Of a stretch of DNA of 64,000 bases, positions 49,224 to 58,350 are shown one piece after another; positions within the stretch are counted from its first letter, which is position 1, and each line of letters opens with the position of its first letter. The DNA lies in the NCBI GenBank assembly GCA_963826825.1, contig CAWGYV010000009.1, positions 151,036 through 215,035 of the forward strand, in the 5' to 3' direction. A program made the position numbers and the translations under genes. Under the pieces are notes generated by a model that was not told the DNA's origin, ran no database searches, and worked only from the letters and a program-made list of their open reading frames with translations. The stretch comes from an uncultured Acidimicrobiia bacterium (GTDB lineage: Bacteria; Actinomycetota; Acidimicrobiia; Spongiisociales; DATADW01).

Positions 49224-50330
49224 ATGATCGACGCTGAAACGCTCGACCGGCTCGCCGAGGCGGAGGCGCCGGTGCTCTCCGTCTATCTGTCCCGACCGAT
49301 GCAGGTCAACCCGTCCGCTCGGCTCACCGATCTGCTCCGCCCGATCCGCGAGGCTGCGGCCGAGGGCGAGCACCGTGAGGAGAAGGCGATCCGGCAAGCG
49401 GTCCGGTCGGTGCTGGACCTGAGTTGGCGGTTGGAGACGGAGCCGGCGCCGGGTGTGGCCATATTCGCCACCAATGGAGAGGTGAGCTACGAGGCACTTC
49501 CCGGCGAGGTCTGGGATGTGGCCATGCTGGCCGACACCCCATACCTCCGACCGATCCGCGCCCTGCCCGAGCCGACCGTGACCCTGGTCGCCACCACCGA
49601 CAGACGCAGGGCAGACATCTTCGTCAAGAGGGACGGAGAGATGGAACCGGCCGGGGTGGTCGAGGAGGAGACTGGGCACAAAGCCAACTACGGCGGATGG
49701 AAGGGACTTGCCGAGCACGGGGCGCGCAAGGCCGCAGAGGAGATGGCACGGAGGCACTTCGATCGAGTCGCCGAGCGGTTCTTCGAGATGCACAAGGGCG
49801 ATCCGGTGACCTGGGTGGCCATAGGTGGCCACCAGGGACAGGTCGAGGAGCTTGCCGGGCACCTCCACCCCTACCTCCGGGAGCGGATGCTCGGAACCTT
49901 CGTGATCGACCCGGCGACGGCGACCGCCCATATCGTGAAGGAAGCCGTGACGACTCTCGAAGAGGCGGCACGGGACCGAAATTCCAGGGCGGTGGCCGAG
50001 CAGCTGGCTGCCGGCTCTGAATCCGGGCAGACCGTGGCCTGGGGTATCGACCAGGTCCTCGCAGCCGCCAACCTGGCTGCAATCGATCTCCTCGCCATCG
50101 CAGGTACCCAGCCCGAGCCCGGTGTTGTGTGCCCGGCGTGCCGGTGGATCGGTCGAGGCACCAAGAGATGCCCGGTTTGCGGCACAGAGACCCGCCATCA
50201 CCCCGACATCGCCGCCGAAGCGATCGAGCGGGTCATCGGATCGGGCGGACGACTCGTCTATCTCCCCGATGGCTCACCGGTCGATGGGGCGGCTGCATCG
50301 CTCCGTTTCCCGCTGCCAGTGGTCGACTGA
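49224..50330 (+). CDS. eRF1/Pelota-superfamily (bacterial aeRF1-like) protein with GGW in place of GGQ and a CxxC...CxxC insert
   Basis: Intact 368-aa ORF. It has an N-terminal APVLSVYLSRP and a central TLVATTDRRRADIFV...GHKANYGGWKGLAEHGARKAAEEMARRHFDRVAERF (GGW at 49692-49700). The C-terminal domain has TVAWGIDQVLAAANLAAIDLLAI, CPACRWIGRGTKRCPVCG (50130-50183) and the ending GAAASLRFPLP. Order and spacing mimic the eRF1/Pelota M and C domains. Confidence 0.65.
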   Translation: MIDAETLDRLAEAEAPVLSVYLSRPMQVNPSARLTDLLRPIREAAAEGEHREEKAIRQAVRSVLDLSWRLETEPAPGVAIFATNGEVSYEALPGEVWDVAMLADTPYLRPIRALPEPTVTLVATTDRRRADIFVKRDGEMEPAGVVEEETGHKANYGGWKGLAEHGARKAAEEMARRHFDRVAERFFEMHKGDPVTWVAIGGHQGQVEELAGHLHPYLRERMLGTFVIDPATATAHIVKEAVTTLEEAARDRNSRAVAEQLAAGSESGQTVAWGIDQVLAAANLAAIDLLAIAGTQPEPGVVCPACRWIGRGTKRCPVCGTETRHHPDIAAEAIERVIGSGGRLVYLPDGSPVDGAAASLRFPLPVVD

Positions 50331-50345
50331 GCCAGGCTGGCGACA

Positions 50346-51482
50346 GTGACCGCCTTCGCCGACAACCTGGTGCTCTTCGTCCGCCACCTCCGTGGGCTCG
50401 GATTCCGGCTCCCTCCGCAGTCGGCGGGGGAGTTGTCGAGAGCCGCGGTCGCCGTTGGGTTGGAACGACGGGAGGACGTGTATCACGCCTTCCGATCGAT
50501 CATCGTGATCCGCCCCTCCGAGGTCCCCCTTTTCGATGAGGCATTCGACCTCTTCTTTGGCAGGGGGACGTCGGTGACACCGGCACCCGTGATTTCGACC
50601 ACGCAGGCAGCTTCGGTGACGACCGGGCTTTCGGTGGTTTCCTCGGGTGCCGTGGGTCCCGAGGCAGAGGATGTTGCCGATCGAAGCGGGGCGTCTGCAG
50701 CCGAGCGGCTTGGGCGGCGTGACTTCGGCGAGATGTCGGCCGCCGAGAGCGAAGAGGTCCGCCGTCTCATCGCCAGGATGGTGTGGAGACCGGCCGATGC
50801 CAGGAGCCGGCGTTTCGCTCCGGCGCGGAACGGTTCCCAACCGGACCTTCGTCGAACACTGCGCCGGGCCGTGGGCACGGAAGGGGAGTTGCTCAGGCTC
50901 GCCATGTCGGAGCGCCGCCGCCGGCGGCGGCCGCTGATCATCATCGCCGACGTGAGCGGCTCGATGGAGCGGTACGTCGAGATGCTGCTCTACTTCGCCC
51001 ATGCCGCCCGCGACCGTCTGGGCCATCTCGAAGCATTTGTCTTCTCGACCCGTCTCACCCGGATAACGCGCCAGCTTCGACGGCGCGACCCGGCGCGGGC
51101 CATCGCCGAGGTCGCCGGGCACGTCATCGACTGGTCGGGTGGAACCCGGATTGGAGAGGCGCTCCACACCTTCAACATCGAATGGAGCCGGCGGGTGGGG
51201 CGGGGCGGGCCGGTGGCGCTGATCGTGTCCGACGGTTGGGATCGGGGCGACCCCGAATTGCTCCGCGAAGAGATGGCACGTTTCGCTCGCAGCGTCCATC
51301 GGGTGGTTTGGCTCAACCCGCTGGCGGGACGCGAGGGCTACGCCCCCGAGACGAGGGGGATGCGAACGGTGCTTCCCTATATCGATGACCTCCTCCCTGC
51401 CGCAAACCTCACCCACCTCGTGGATGTGATCCGGCTCCTAGAGTCACTGCCGGCGCGTCGACGGGAGGTAGCGAGAGCATGA
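50346..51482 (+). CDS. VWA-domain protein, CoxE type
   Basis: Intact 378-aa ORF with the MIDAS-containing segment [13 protein letters not shown], plus WSGGTRIG and [11 protein letters not shown]. Confidence 0.85.
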   Translation: MTAFADNLVLFVRHLRGLGFRLPPQSAGELSRAAVAVGLERREDVYHAFRSIIVIRPSEVPLFDEAFDLFFGRGTSVTPAPVISTTQAASVTTGLSVVSSGAVGPEAEDVADRSGASAAERLGRRDFGEMSAAESEEVRRLIARMVWRPADARSRRFAPARNGSQPDLRRTLRRAVGTEGELLRLAMSERRRRRRPLIIIADVSGSMERYVEMLLYFAHAARDRLGHLEAFVFSTRLTRITRQLRRRDPARAIAEVAGHVIDWSGGTRIGEALHTFNIEWSRRVGRGGPVALIVSDGWDRGDPELLREEMARFARSVHRVVWLNPLAGREGYAPETRGMRTVLPYIDDLLPAANLTHLVDVIRLLESLPARRREVARA

Positions 51483-51787
51483 AGGACGCCCTCGAGATCT
51501 ACGACCGCTGGATGGCGGATGGAAAAGACGTGGCGGTTGCGACGGTTGTGCGCGTCTCGGGGTCGGCGCCCAGACCTGAGGGTGCCAAGTTTCTCGTCTC
51601 GTCGGAAGGCGACATGGAGGGGTCGGTGAGCGGAGGGTGTGTCGAGAACGATGTGTTTCTCCACGCCCAAGAGGTGCTGGCAGGCGCCGAGCCGCGACTC
51701 GTCACATATGGCATCGCCGACGACGAGGCATTCGAGGTGGGGCTGGCTTGCGGGGGGACGATTCAGGTCTACGTCGAGCGATGGTGA
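51479..51787 (+). CDS. XdhC/CoxI N-terminal-domain protein
   Basis: 102-aa ORF with [36 protein letters not shown]. The start overlaps the VWA gene stop. Confidence 0.75.
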   Translation: MKDALEIYDRWMADGKDVAVATVVRVSGSAPRPEGAKFLVSSEGDMEGSVSGGCVENDVFLHAQEVLAGAEPRLVTYGIADDEAFEVGLACGGTIQVYVERW

Positions 51788-52566
51788 GCCCCCACCTCGA
51801 GGCGATCCGCCGGCTGCACAAGGAAGAGAGGCTTGGCGCCGCGGTCACCGTGCTCACCGGGCCCGATGAGGGGTCCCACGCGGTTCTCGATGCCGAGCAG
51901 GGCGTGATCGAGGGGAAGCTCCCACCCGGTCTCGAGGAACACATCCTCGACGATGCGCGCCAACTCATGGACCAGGAACAGAGCCGGACGCTCGAATACG
52001 ACGAAACATCGGTGTTCATCGAGACCCTGGCACCGCAACCGCGGTTGGTGATATTCGGAGCGGTGCACATCGCCCAGCCGCTCGCCGTCTTCGCCAACGA
52101 GCTCGGCTTCCGCGTCACCGTCTCCGATTCGCGCCCGGCCTTCACCACCACCGAGCGATTCCCCGACGCTGAGGTGGCGGTCGGGAGACCCGAGGATGTC
52201 CTAACCGATCTCGACCTCGACCGCCGTACCTACGTAGTGGTCCTGAGCCACGACGCCCGTTTTGAGGACCCTGTGTTCCCGGCCGTGTTGCAGAGCCCGG
52301 TGCGCTACATCGGCGCCATGGGGAGTCGGCGCACGCACGCGGCGCGCCGCCAGCGCCTCTTGGCCGGAGGTTTCGACACCGATGCGATCGACCGGATCCA
52401 CGGCCCCATCGGGCTCGACATCGGAGCAGAGGCCCCGGCCGAGGTTGCGATCTCCATCCTCGCCGAGATGATCCAGGTGCGTTACGGGGCGGGCAGCGGC
52501 CGTTCTCTCCGCGGGCGTGAGGGGCGGATCCATCGCCAAAGAACCGACGACGAGGGCGACATCTGA
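51781..52566 (+). CDS. XdhC-family maturation factor (second N-like domain plus Rossmann-like C-domain)
   Basis: ATGGTGA overlaps the previous ORF. It contains [34 protein letters not shown] and [14 protein letters not shown]. Confidence 0.8.
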   Translation: MVSPHLEAIRRLHKEERLGAAVTVLTGPDEGSHAVLDAEQGVIEGKLPPGLEEHILDDARQLMDQEQSRTLEYDETSVFIETLAPQPRLVIFGAVHIAQPLAVFANELGFRVTVSDSRPAFTTTERFPDAEVAVGRPEDVLTDLDLDRRTYVVVLSHDARFEDPVFPAVLQSPVRYIGAMGSRRTHAARRQRLLAGGFDTDAIDRIHGPIGLDIGAEAPAEVAISILAEMIQVRYGAGSGRSLRGREGRIHRQRTDDEGDI

Positions 52567-52591
52567 TCCGTTTCCAAACCGCCGGTTCGAG

Positions 52592-53227
52592 ATGACGGTC
52601 GCAGCCCTGGTCCTTGCTGGCGGCGGTTCTCGTCGGCTGGGTCGACCCAAGCAATTACTCCCTTGGGGAGGCGTGACACTGCTCGATCATGTCCTCGACC
52701 AGGTGCGGCGCTGGGGGATAGACGAGATCTGGGTCGTGCTGGGCGCTCATGCCGAGGAGGTGCGCGACCAGGTTGACCTCACCGGGGTGGGTGTCGTCGA
52801 GAACCCGGAGTGGGAGGAGGGGCTTGCCTCCTCGCTGCGGGCGGGTCTGGATGCGATCGGCCGGTTGTCAAAGATGGACGGTGCGCTGATCGTCATGGGA
52901 GATCAGCCCGACGTGAGCAACGATGTGGTGGCGGAATTGGTCGCCGCCTACCGACCGGGGAAAACGGCCGCCGTGGTCCCCAAGTACCGGTATACCCAGG
53001 GCAACCCTGTCCTCGTCGACCGGTTGCTCTGGCCGCGGTTGATGAGTCTCGAAGGGGACGAGGGTGCCCGCCGGTTGCTGGAAGCGCATCCCGACTGGGT
53101 AACCGAGGTCTGGTTGGAGCACCTCCCGCCGAGAGATGTCGACACCAGTTTCGACGTCGAGGAACTTCAGCCACGCCACGTTCGGCACGAGGTGGACGAG
53201 GGGCGCTCGCCAAGGAGTGGCGTCTAG
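52592..53227 (+). CDS. MobA-like NTP transferase (molybdenum cofactor cytidylyltransferase, MocA-like)
   Basis: The ATG at 52592 gives MTVAALVLAGGGSRRLGRPKQLLPWGG.TLL...GDQPDV. Confidence 0.8.
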   Translation: MTVAALVLAGGGSRRLGRPKQLLPWGGVTLLDHVLDQVRRWGIDEIWVVLGAHAEEVRDQVDLTGVGVVENPEWEEGLASSLRAGLDAIGRLSKMDGALIVMGDQPDVSNDVVAELVAAYRPGKTAAVVPKYRYTQGNPVLVDRLLWPRLMSLEGDEGARRLLEAHPDWVTEVWLEHLPPRDVDTSFDVEELQPRHVRHEVDEGRSPRSGV

Positions 53228-53262
53228 TCTCGTCAGACTCCGGATCGGCATGAGAAAGGACT

Positions 53263-53670
53263 GTGATGGCTTCGATTGCCGCCATAGTGAGCATCGGCGC
53301 CAAGGACGCCGCCAAGCTCCGGAGAAGCGGAGTGCGCACCACTGAGGCGCTGTTGAGGCGAGGCGCCACCCGGCGCGGCCGCGCCGAGCTAGCCACCCAA
53401 TCGAATTGTGCAGAGGCCCAGATCCTTGCGTGGGTGAACCGCGCCGACCTCATGAGGGTACGAGGCGTCGGTCCGGAGTACGCCGACCTGCTCGAAGCTT
53501 CCGGGGTGGACACCATCAAGGAGCTCGCCCGACGTAAGCCGGCCGCTCTCGCCGCCAAGGTGTCCCAGATCAACGAGCAGAAGAAGCTGGTGCGGCGGCT
53601 CCCCACCGAGGCGATGGTCGAGCGCTGGGTCGAGCACAGCGGTCAACTCGACGGCAGAGTCACCTACTGA
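53263..53670 (+). CDS. DUF4332-domain protein
   Basis: Intact 135-aa ORF with an HhH-like LMRVRGVGPEYADLLEASGVDTIKELA. Confidence 0.6.
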   Translation: MMASIAAIVSIGAKDAAKLRRSGVRTTEALLRRGATRRGRAELATQSNCAEAQILAWVNRADLMRVRGVGPEYADLLEASGVDTIKELARRKPAALAAKVSQINEQKKLVRRLPTEAMVERWVEHSGQLDGRVTY

Positions 53671-53686
53671 GGGATCAGAATTTAGG

Positions 53687-53713
53687 GACGAGGGACCGGC
53701 ATGGTCCCTCGTC
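53687..53713. terminator. 11-bp perfect hairpin between convergent genes
   Basis: GACGAGGGACC-ggcat-GGTCCCTCGTC. Confidence 0.6.
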
Positions 53714-53798
53714 TTATCGGCTCCGACCGGCCCGGACTCGTTGCACCTCCTAGGAGGATTCGGTGGTGCCGGCCCGGGCTCGGTCAGGAGAGTTGTGG

Positions 53799-54308
53799 TC
53801 AGGCTGCGGTCGACGTGCCCTTGGTCGTGGACTTGGTCGATGCTGGCTTGCGGGCGGCAGGCTTGCGGGTGGTGGTGCCGGAAGCTGCCTTGGCTGCCTT
53901 CTCCACCGAGTCGAGCGCTTCGCTGGTCGCCTTCTTGACCGTGCTCTCCGCCTTCTCGGCACCCTCGTCAATCTCGACCTTCACCGCCTGGGCGGCTTCG
54001 ACCGGCTTCTCGGGGTTGAAGTTCTGACGCCAGGTGGCAACGAGGTCCTCCAACTGGCCGCGCAGCTTGCCGACCTGTTCGGAGATGTTGTCCACGTCCA
54101 CCCGGGAGGTGAAGTCCTCGACCAGTTTCTGGTCGGCGATCCGGCCGACGACCTTCTCACCTTCTGTTGCCCAGGTTCCGTACTCCTTGCGGAAATCACC
54201 GGCGAACTTGGTGCTCAGTTCGGTGAGGGTGTCGGTCAGCTTGCGGGTGGCCACCACGGGCGCACCCACGGCGGCGTAGAACGCCGTCTTGGTCCCATCC
54301 AGTTTCAT
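53799..54308 (-). CDS. HbhA-like (heparin-binding-hemagglutinin-like) coiled-coil protein with a Lys/Ala/Thr-rich tail
   Basis: Intact 169-aa ORF with FYAAVGAPVVATRKL and the tail TTRKPAARKPASTKSTTKGTSTAA. It is coupled to an upstream XRE gene, as in the mycobacterial Rv0474-hbhA arrangement. Confidence 0.65.
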   Translation of the reverse strand: MKLDGTKTAFYAAVGAPVVATRKLTDTLTELSTKFAGDFRKEYGTWATEGEKVVGRIADQKLVEDFTSRVDVDNISEQVGKLRGQLEDLVATWRQNFNPEKPVEAAQAVKVEIDEGAEKAESTVKKATSEALDSVEKAAKAASGTTTRKPAARKPASTKSTTKGTSTAA

Positions 54309-54682
54309 GGTTTCTCCTTCCGGACCTCGACTAGGTCCCCGACCAGCGTCCGGTACAGGTCAAGGAGCAGTTGTTTGTGTCGCACGGAGAGCTGCGGGTC
54401 TGCCTCGACCGATTCGATTACGGTCGGAGGTTGCGGCCCCTGCTCGATGAGCCCGGCCTGTGAATAGAGCGATTCCGCCTGGATCGACAGGGCCCGGGCG
54501 ATCGACTTGAGGATCTCAGCCGAGGGCTTGCGCAGCCCCCGTTCGATCTGGCTGAGGTAGGGATTGGAGATGCCCGCCTGACTCGCCAGCCGGCGGATCG
54601 AGACGTTGGCCCGCTCCCGCTGCTGACGAATGAACGACCCAACGGCCGATCCGGTCTCTTCCCTGTCCTCGAGGTCGGTCAT
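54305..54682 (-). CDS. XRE-family helix-turn-helix transcriptional regulator
   Basis: Intact 125-aa ORF with IRRLASQAGISNPYLSQIERGLRKPSAEIL. Confidence 0.85.
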   Translation of the reverse strand: MTDLEDREETGSAVGSFIRQQRERANVSIRRLASQAGISNPYLSQIERGLRKPSAEILKSIARALSIQAESLYSQAGLIEQGPQPPTVIESVEADPQLSVRHKQLLLDLYRTLVGDLVEVRKEKP

Positions 54683-54757
54683 GTGGTAGCAAACGTAGCA
54701 GTAGGTGCTAGCAAATGCAAGCGCTTTGTGAACGAATTCACGTTGTCTCTTGGCTCG

Positions 54758-54772
54758 CCAACCCTGGGTTGG
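54758..54772. promoter_or_regulatory. third copy of the CCAACCCTGGGTTGG palindrome
   Basis: Identical to 30613-30627. It lies in the XRE-HbhA upstream region, next to an AT-rich stretch (GTAGCAAACGTAGCAGTAGGTGCTAGCAAATGC). Confidence 0.5.
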
Positions 54773-54787
54773 GGGGTACGCCTCGGG

Positions 54788-55966
54788 TCAGTAGGGGCGA
54801 CCCCGCAGGGTGATCATCTCGTCGAGCGCCGCCTGGATCTGGGTACGGACCCGCTCCGCCAATTCCAAGGCGGCGAGCCCGTCGAGGTCTCCCGGGGTGG
54901 TTGCGATAGGAGGAAGGAACCGGATCATCCACCGAACGGGGAGCGGTATCGGGTTGACCCAGACCGCCATCTCGTCGACCCGTTGTTCGGGGAAGACGGT
55001 TCTCACCAACTTGGCCAGGGCCTGTGAGGTGAAAAGTGCGGGGTGGGTCTCTTCCGATCCCAGGATGGCCACGGGGACGATCGATGCTCCCGATTCAGCG
55101 GCGAGGGATGCGAACCCGCCACGCCCGAACCTGCGGAGCCTGTATGACTCTGACACTGGCTTCTGAAAGCCTCGTACCCCCTCGGGAAACACTCCGAGGA
55201 GCTGGCCATTGCCCAAGACCCATCGGGCGTCCTGGCGCGAGGCGTATGCAGCCCCGATCTTTCGGTACAGATGCGAGACGAAGGGCATCAGGTTGAAAAA
55301 CTCGGTCCCCACGACCCGCACACGGCGGGGGACAGCCGGCTCGTTGAGCATGGCAAGGTGGAGCATGACGGCGTCGTATGGGATAGCCGCCCCTCCGTGG
55401 TTGGCGGCAAGCACGGCGGGCCCGGTCGCAGGGACGTGCTCGATTCCTTCGACGCGCACCCGGAAGTATTCGAAGTAGAGGCTGTTCCCGAGGTGCCAGG
55501 CGAGCTCGGCCAGGACCGGGTCGAGTCCGAGCGCATCGATGTCGTAGCTTGCCAGCCTCAGGTGTCGAACCAGTGCCGGCCAGGTGTCTGTCCCCAGCCT
55601 GCCAAGCGCCGGGACGGCGAGGTCCGACGAGTCGACCCCTCCGTGGAGCGAGCATCGCTCCTCGCCCTTGACCGCATGTAGGCCGCAGGTGAAGCCCTCC
55701 AGGGTCCGATGCGGACAAGCGCGGTCGTTGTCGACCATGTCGGCGAGCCGGGCGGCCAGGGCCGTCCGACGGGTGGCGGCATCCGGTTCCTCGCCGAGCG
55801 CTCGCGTCTCGGGGAGCCCGGCGCGCCTCCGCAACTCGGCGGCGATCAGCCCCGCCAGATGGGCGGCGGAGGCATCGGGCGGCGCCTCGACCCCGAGAGC
55901 GGCCGCCACCGATTCCAGTTCGGTGGCATCGAGCGCCTCGAGGGCGAACACGATGGGGTCGCTCAC
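54788..55966 (-). CDS. lysophospholipid (1-acyl-glycerol-3-phosphate-type) acyltransferase-family protein
   Basis: I prefer the GTG at 55966, preceded by GGAGGA, over the track start at 56041, which overlaps the upstream gene. It contains VLAANHGGAAIPYD and GVFPEGVRG. Confidence 0.75.
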   Translation of the reverse strand: MSDPIVFALEALDATELESVAAALGVEAPPDASAAHLAGLIAAELRRRAGLPETRALGEEPDAATRRTALAARLADMVDNDRACPHRTLEGFTCGLHAVKGEERCSLHGGVDSSDLAVPALGRLGTDTWPALVRHLRLASYDIDALGLDPVLAELAWHLGNSLYFEYFRVRVEGIEHVPATGPAVLAANHGGAAIPYDAVMLHLAMLNEPAVPRRVRVVGTEFFNLMPFVSHLYRKIGAAYASRQDARWVLGNGQLLGVFPEGVRGFQKPVSESYRLRRFGRGGFASLAAESGASIVPVAILGSEETHPALFTSQALAKLVRTVFPEQRVDEMAVWVNPIPLPVRWMIRFLPPIATTPGDLDGLAALELAERVRTQIQAALDEMITLRGRPY

Positions 55967-55983
55967 TCGGGCCAATCCTCCAT

Positions 55984-56931
55984 TCAGACCGCCAAGGCCG
56001 AGTCGAGCCGGCCGTAGCCGGCGAGGACCGTTTGGCGGCAATCGAGCATCGATGAGAAGCCGAGGATCTCGCGCATTCTCGTGGTGTCCACCACTCTGCC
56101 GTGGTGGAGCATGGATAGAAGATGGCGTTGTTTGGCCACCTCGCTCGCCCCAAGCACGCGCAATGCCCTCTCGAACTGCGGGCGGGGGATCGGCCGGACC
56201 CGACGCCGGCCCAACCGGAGGATGCGTGACAGGTAGAGCTGGCCTTCCGCAGCGACGTTGAAGGTTCCCGGAACCGGATTGTCGAGCGCATGGAGCACTG
56301 CCCTGACGGCCTCGTCCTCATGGATCAACTGGATACGGGGGTCCCACCCGAGAACCGTCGGGACGGTCTGCATCCGCAGGTAGTGCGATATTCCGTTGCC
56401 GACGGCCTCGCCGAAGATTCCCACAAAGCGGAGCACCGTGAAGTCGACATGCGGCATCTTCTTGGCGACGTCGGCCACGAACCGTTCCACCTCTTCCAGA
56501 TTCCGCTCGTAGCGATGGGTGGTCCGCTCTGCGACCTCGGTCGACTCGTCGAGGATGGACGGGTGACGTGGGCCCGCCCCGTATATGGCGGTGTCCGATT
56601 TGACCACGACCTGGCGGACCGTCCCCACCCTCGAGATGGCGCCGAACAGAGCCTGGGCTCCCAGAACCATGCCCTCGCGGGATCGGACCCTCCCCAGCTC
56701 AGCGATGCGGTCGAGGGTCTGGAGATGGATCACCACATCAGGACGGAGATCTATGACGCTCCGGGCGAATTCGAGCGTGTCGAGCGATGCCTTGAGCAGC
56801 GGGGTGGCGAAGGCCACGCGGGGCTTGAGTTCGTCCACGGGAACCACGGTGGTGTCGGGCCGTCCCTCCAGCCGCTGGACCAGCCGTCCCCCCACCCATG
56901 TGGCTGCACCGGTGACCAGGATGGTCGCCAT
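55984..56931 (-). CDS. NAD-dependent epimerase/dehydratase-family protein
   Basis: The ATG at 56931 gives MATILVTGAATWVGGRLV, a Rossmann N-terminus. Confidence 0.8.
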   Translation of the reverse strand: MATILVTGAATWVGGRLVQRLEGRPDTTVVPVDELKPRVAFATPLLKASLDTLEFARSVIDLRPDVVIHLQTLDRIAELGRVRSREGMVLGAQALFGAISRVGTVRQVVVKSDTAIYGAGPRHPSILDESTEVAERTTHRYERNLEEVERFVADVAKKMPHVDFTVLRFVGIFGEAVGNGISHYLRMQTVPTVLGWDPRIQLIHEDEAVRAVLHALDNPVPGTFNVAAEGQLYLSRILRLGRRRVRPIPRPQFERALRVLGASEVAKQRHLLSMLHHGRVVDTTRMREILGFSSMLDCRQTVLAGYGRLDSALAV

Positions 56932-57014
56932 CGCGACGAGTGTACGGAGGGCGGCGTTACCAATAGCCGGGAGGATCGGGTAGCGACCCGGGGCGACCTG
57001 GCACAATCCGGCCG

Positions 57015-58028
57015 ATGATCATCGTCATGCGGTCGGCGGCGACCGACGAGGACATCGCCGCCGTCTGCGAACGGCTTCGCCGGATCGGGTGCGAGGCACA
57101 CGTCTCCAATGGCCGCGACCGGACGGTGATAGGGGCGGTCGGCGATCGCGATCGGATCCAGCAGTTGCCTTGGGAGGCGATGTCGGGGGTGGAGCGGGCG
57201 ATCCCGGTGCTCAAACCGTTCAAGCTGGTGAGCCGCGAGTTCCAGCAGAGCGATACGGTGGTGAAGGTTGGCGAGGCGCGCATCGGCGGGGGTTCTTTCG
57301 CACCTATCGCCGGTCCGTGTGCCGCCGAGACGAGGGACCAGGTCCTGCGCACCGCAGAGGCGGTGAAGAAGGCCGGCGCCACCGTGCTCCGTGGCGACGC
57401 CTTCAAGCCCCGCACCTCGCCCTACTCGTTCCAGGGGCTTGGTGAGGAGGGACTGGAACTTCTCGCCGAGGCGCGCGAGGCATTCGAGATCCCGTTCGTC
57501 GCCGAGGTTGTCGACCCGAGACATGTCGGGCTCGTGGCGTCATACGCCGACATGATCCGGGTGGGAACCCGGAACATGGCCAACTTCAGCCTGCTGGCCG
57601 AGGTTGGGACGGCGGGAAAGCCGGTGCAGCTCAAGCGTGGGCTGACTGCAACCGTCGAGGAGTGGCTCAACGCCGCCGAGTACATCTTCATGTCGGGCAA
57701 TCACGAGATCGTGCTGGTCGAACGGGGGATCAGGACATTCGAGACAGCGGCGCGCAACACGCTCGACATCACCGCCATCCCGGTGGTGAAGGAGCTATCG
57801 CACCTCCCGATTCTGATCGACCCCTCACACGCCGCAGGGAGGCGGGAACTGGTGGCCCCGCTGGCGCGGGCTGCCGTCGCCGTGGGCGCAGACGGGTTCA
57901 TGGTGGACGTCCACCCCGCTCCGGAGTCGGCTTTGGTCGATGGCGCACAGGCCTTGCTTCCCTACGAGTTTGCCGCGTTGATGGACCAGGTTCGGGCCTT
58001 GGCCGACGCTCTCGGCATCACCGTCTGA
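57015..58028 (+). CDS. aroF: 3-deoxy-7-phosphoheptulonate (DAHP) synthase, type I-beta, with an N-terminal regulatory domain
   Basis: Intact 337-aa ORF with IAGPCAAE, LRGDAFKPRTSPYSFQGLG, IRVGTRNM and LIDPSHAAG. Confidence 0.9.
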   Translation: MIIVMRSAATDEDIAAVCERLRRIGCEAHVSNGRDRTVIGAVGDRDRIQQLPWEAMSGVERAIPVLKPFKLVSREFQQSDTVVKVGEARIGGGSFAPIAGPCAAETRDQVLRTAEAVKKAGATVLRGDAFKPRTSPYSFQGLGEEGLELLAEAREAFEIPFVAEVVDPRHVGLVASYADMIRVGTRNMANFSLLAEVGTAGKPVQLKRGLTATVEEWLNAAEYIFMSGNHEIVLVERGIRTFETAARNTLDITAIPVVKELSHLPILIDPSHAAGRRELVAPLARAAVAVGADGFMVDVHPAPESALVDGAQALLPYEFAALMDQVRALADALGITV

Positions 58029-58029
58029 A

Positions 58030-58350
58030 GTGAAGGCTGGCGTCGTCGGCACCGGTCTGATCGGCACATCGATCGCTCTCGGGTTGACCGATCTCGGATG
58101 GGGGGTGGTGGGCTGGGATCCGGACCCCGTCGCGTTGGAAGGGGCTGCCGGGAGGGGGGCGATAGCGCAGTCCGCAGCCTCCGCCGAGGATGCGATCGAG
58201 GAGGTGGACCTGGTCGTGCTCGCCGGGCCGCCCGCCGCCATCGTCGACCATCTGGGCCGGCTACACACCTCCGCCCTTGTGACCGACGTTGCCGGTGTCA
58301 AGCGTCCTGTCGTGGCCGCCGGGGCACACCTCGATAGGTTCGTCGGCGGG
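58030..58350 (+). pseudogene. tyrA: prephenate dehydrogenase, N-terminal fragment only (about 107 aa)
   Basis: MKAGVVGTGLIGTSIALGL...LVTDVAGVKRPVVAAGAHLDRFVGG. Similarity stops exactly where the conserved GGHPMAG motif should continue. Confidence 0.7.
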
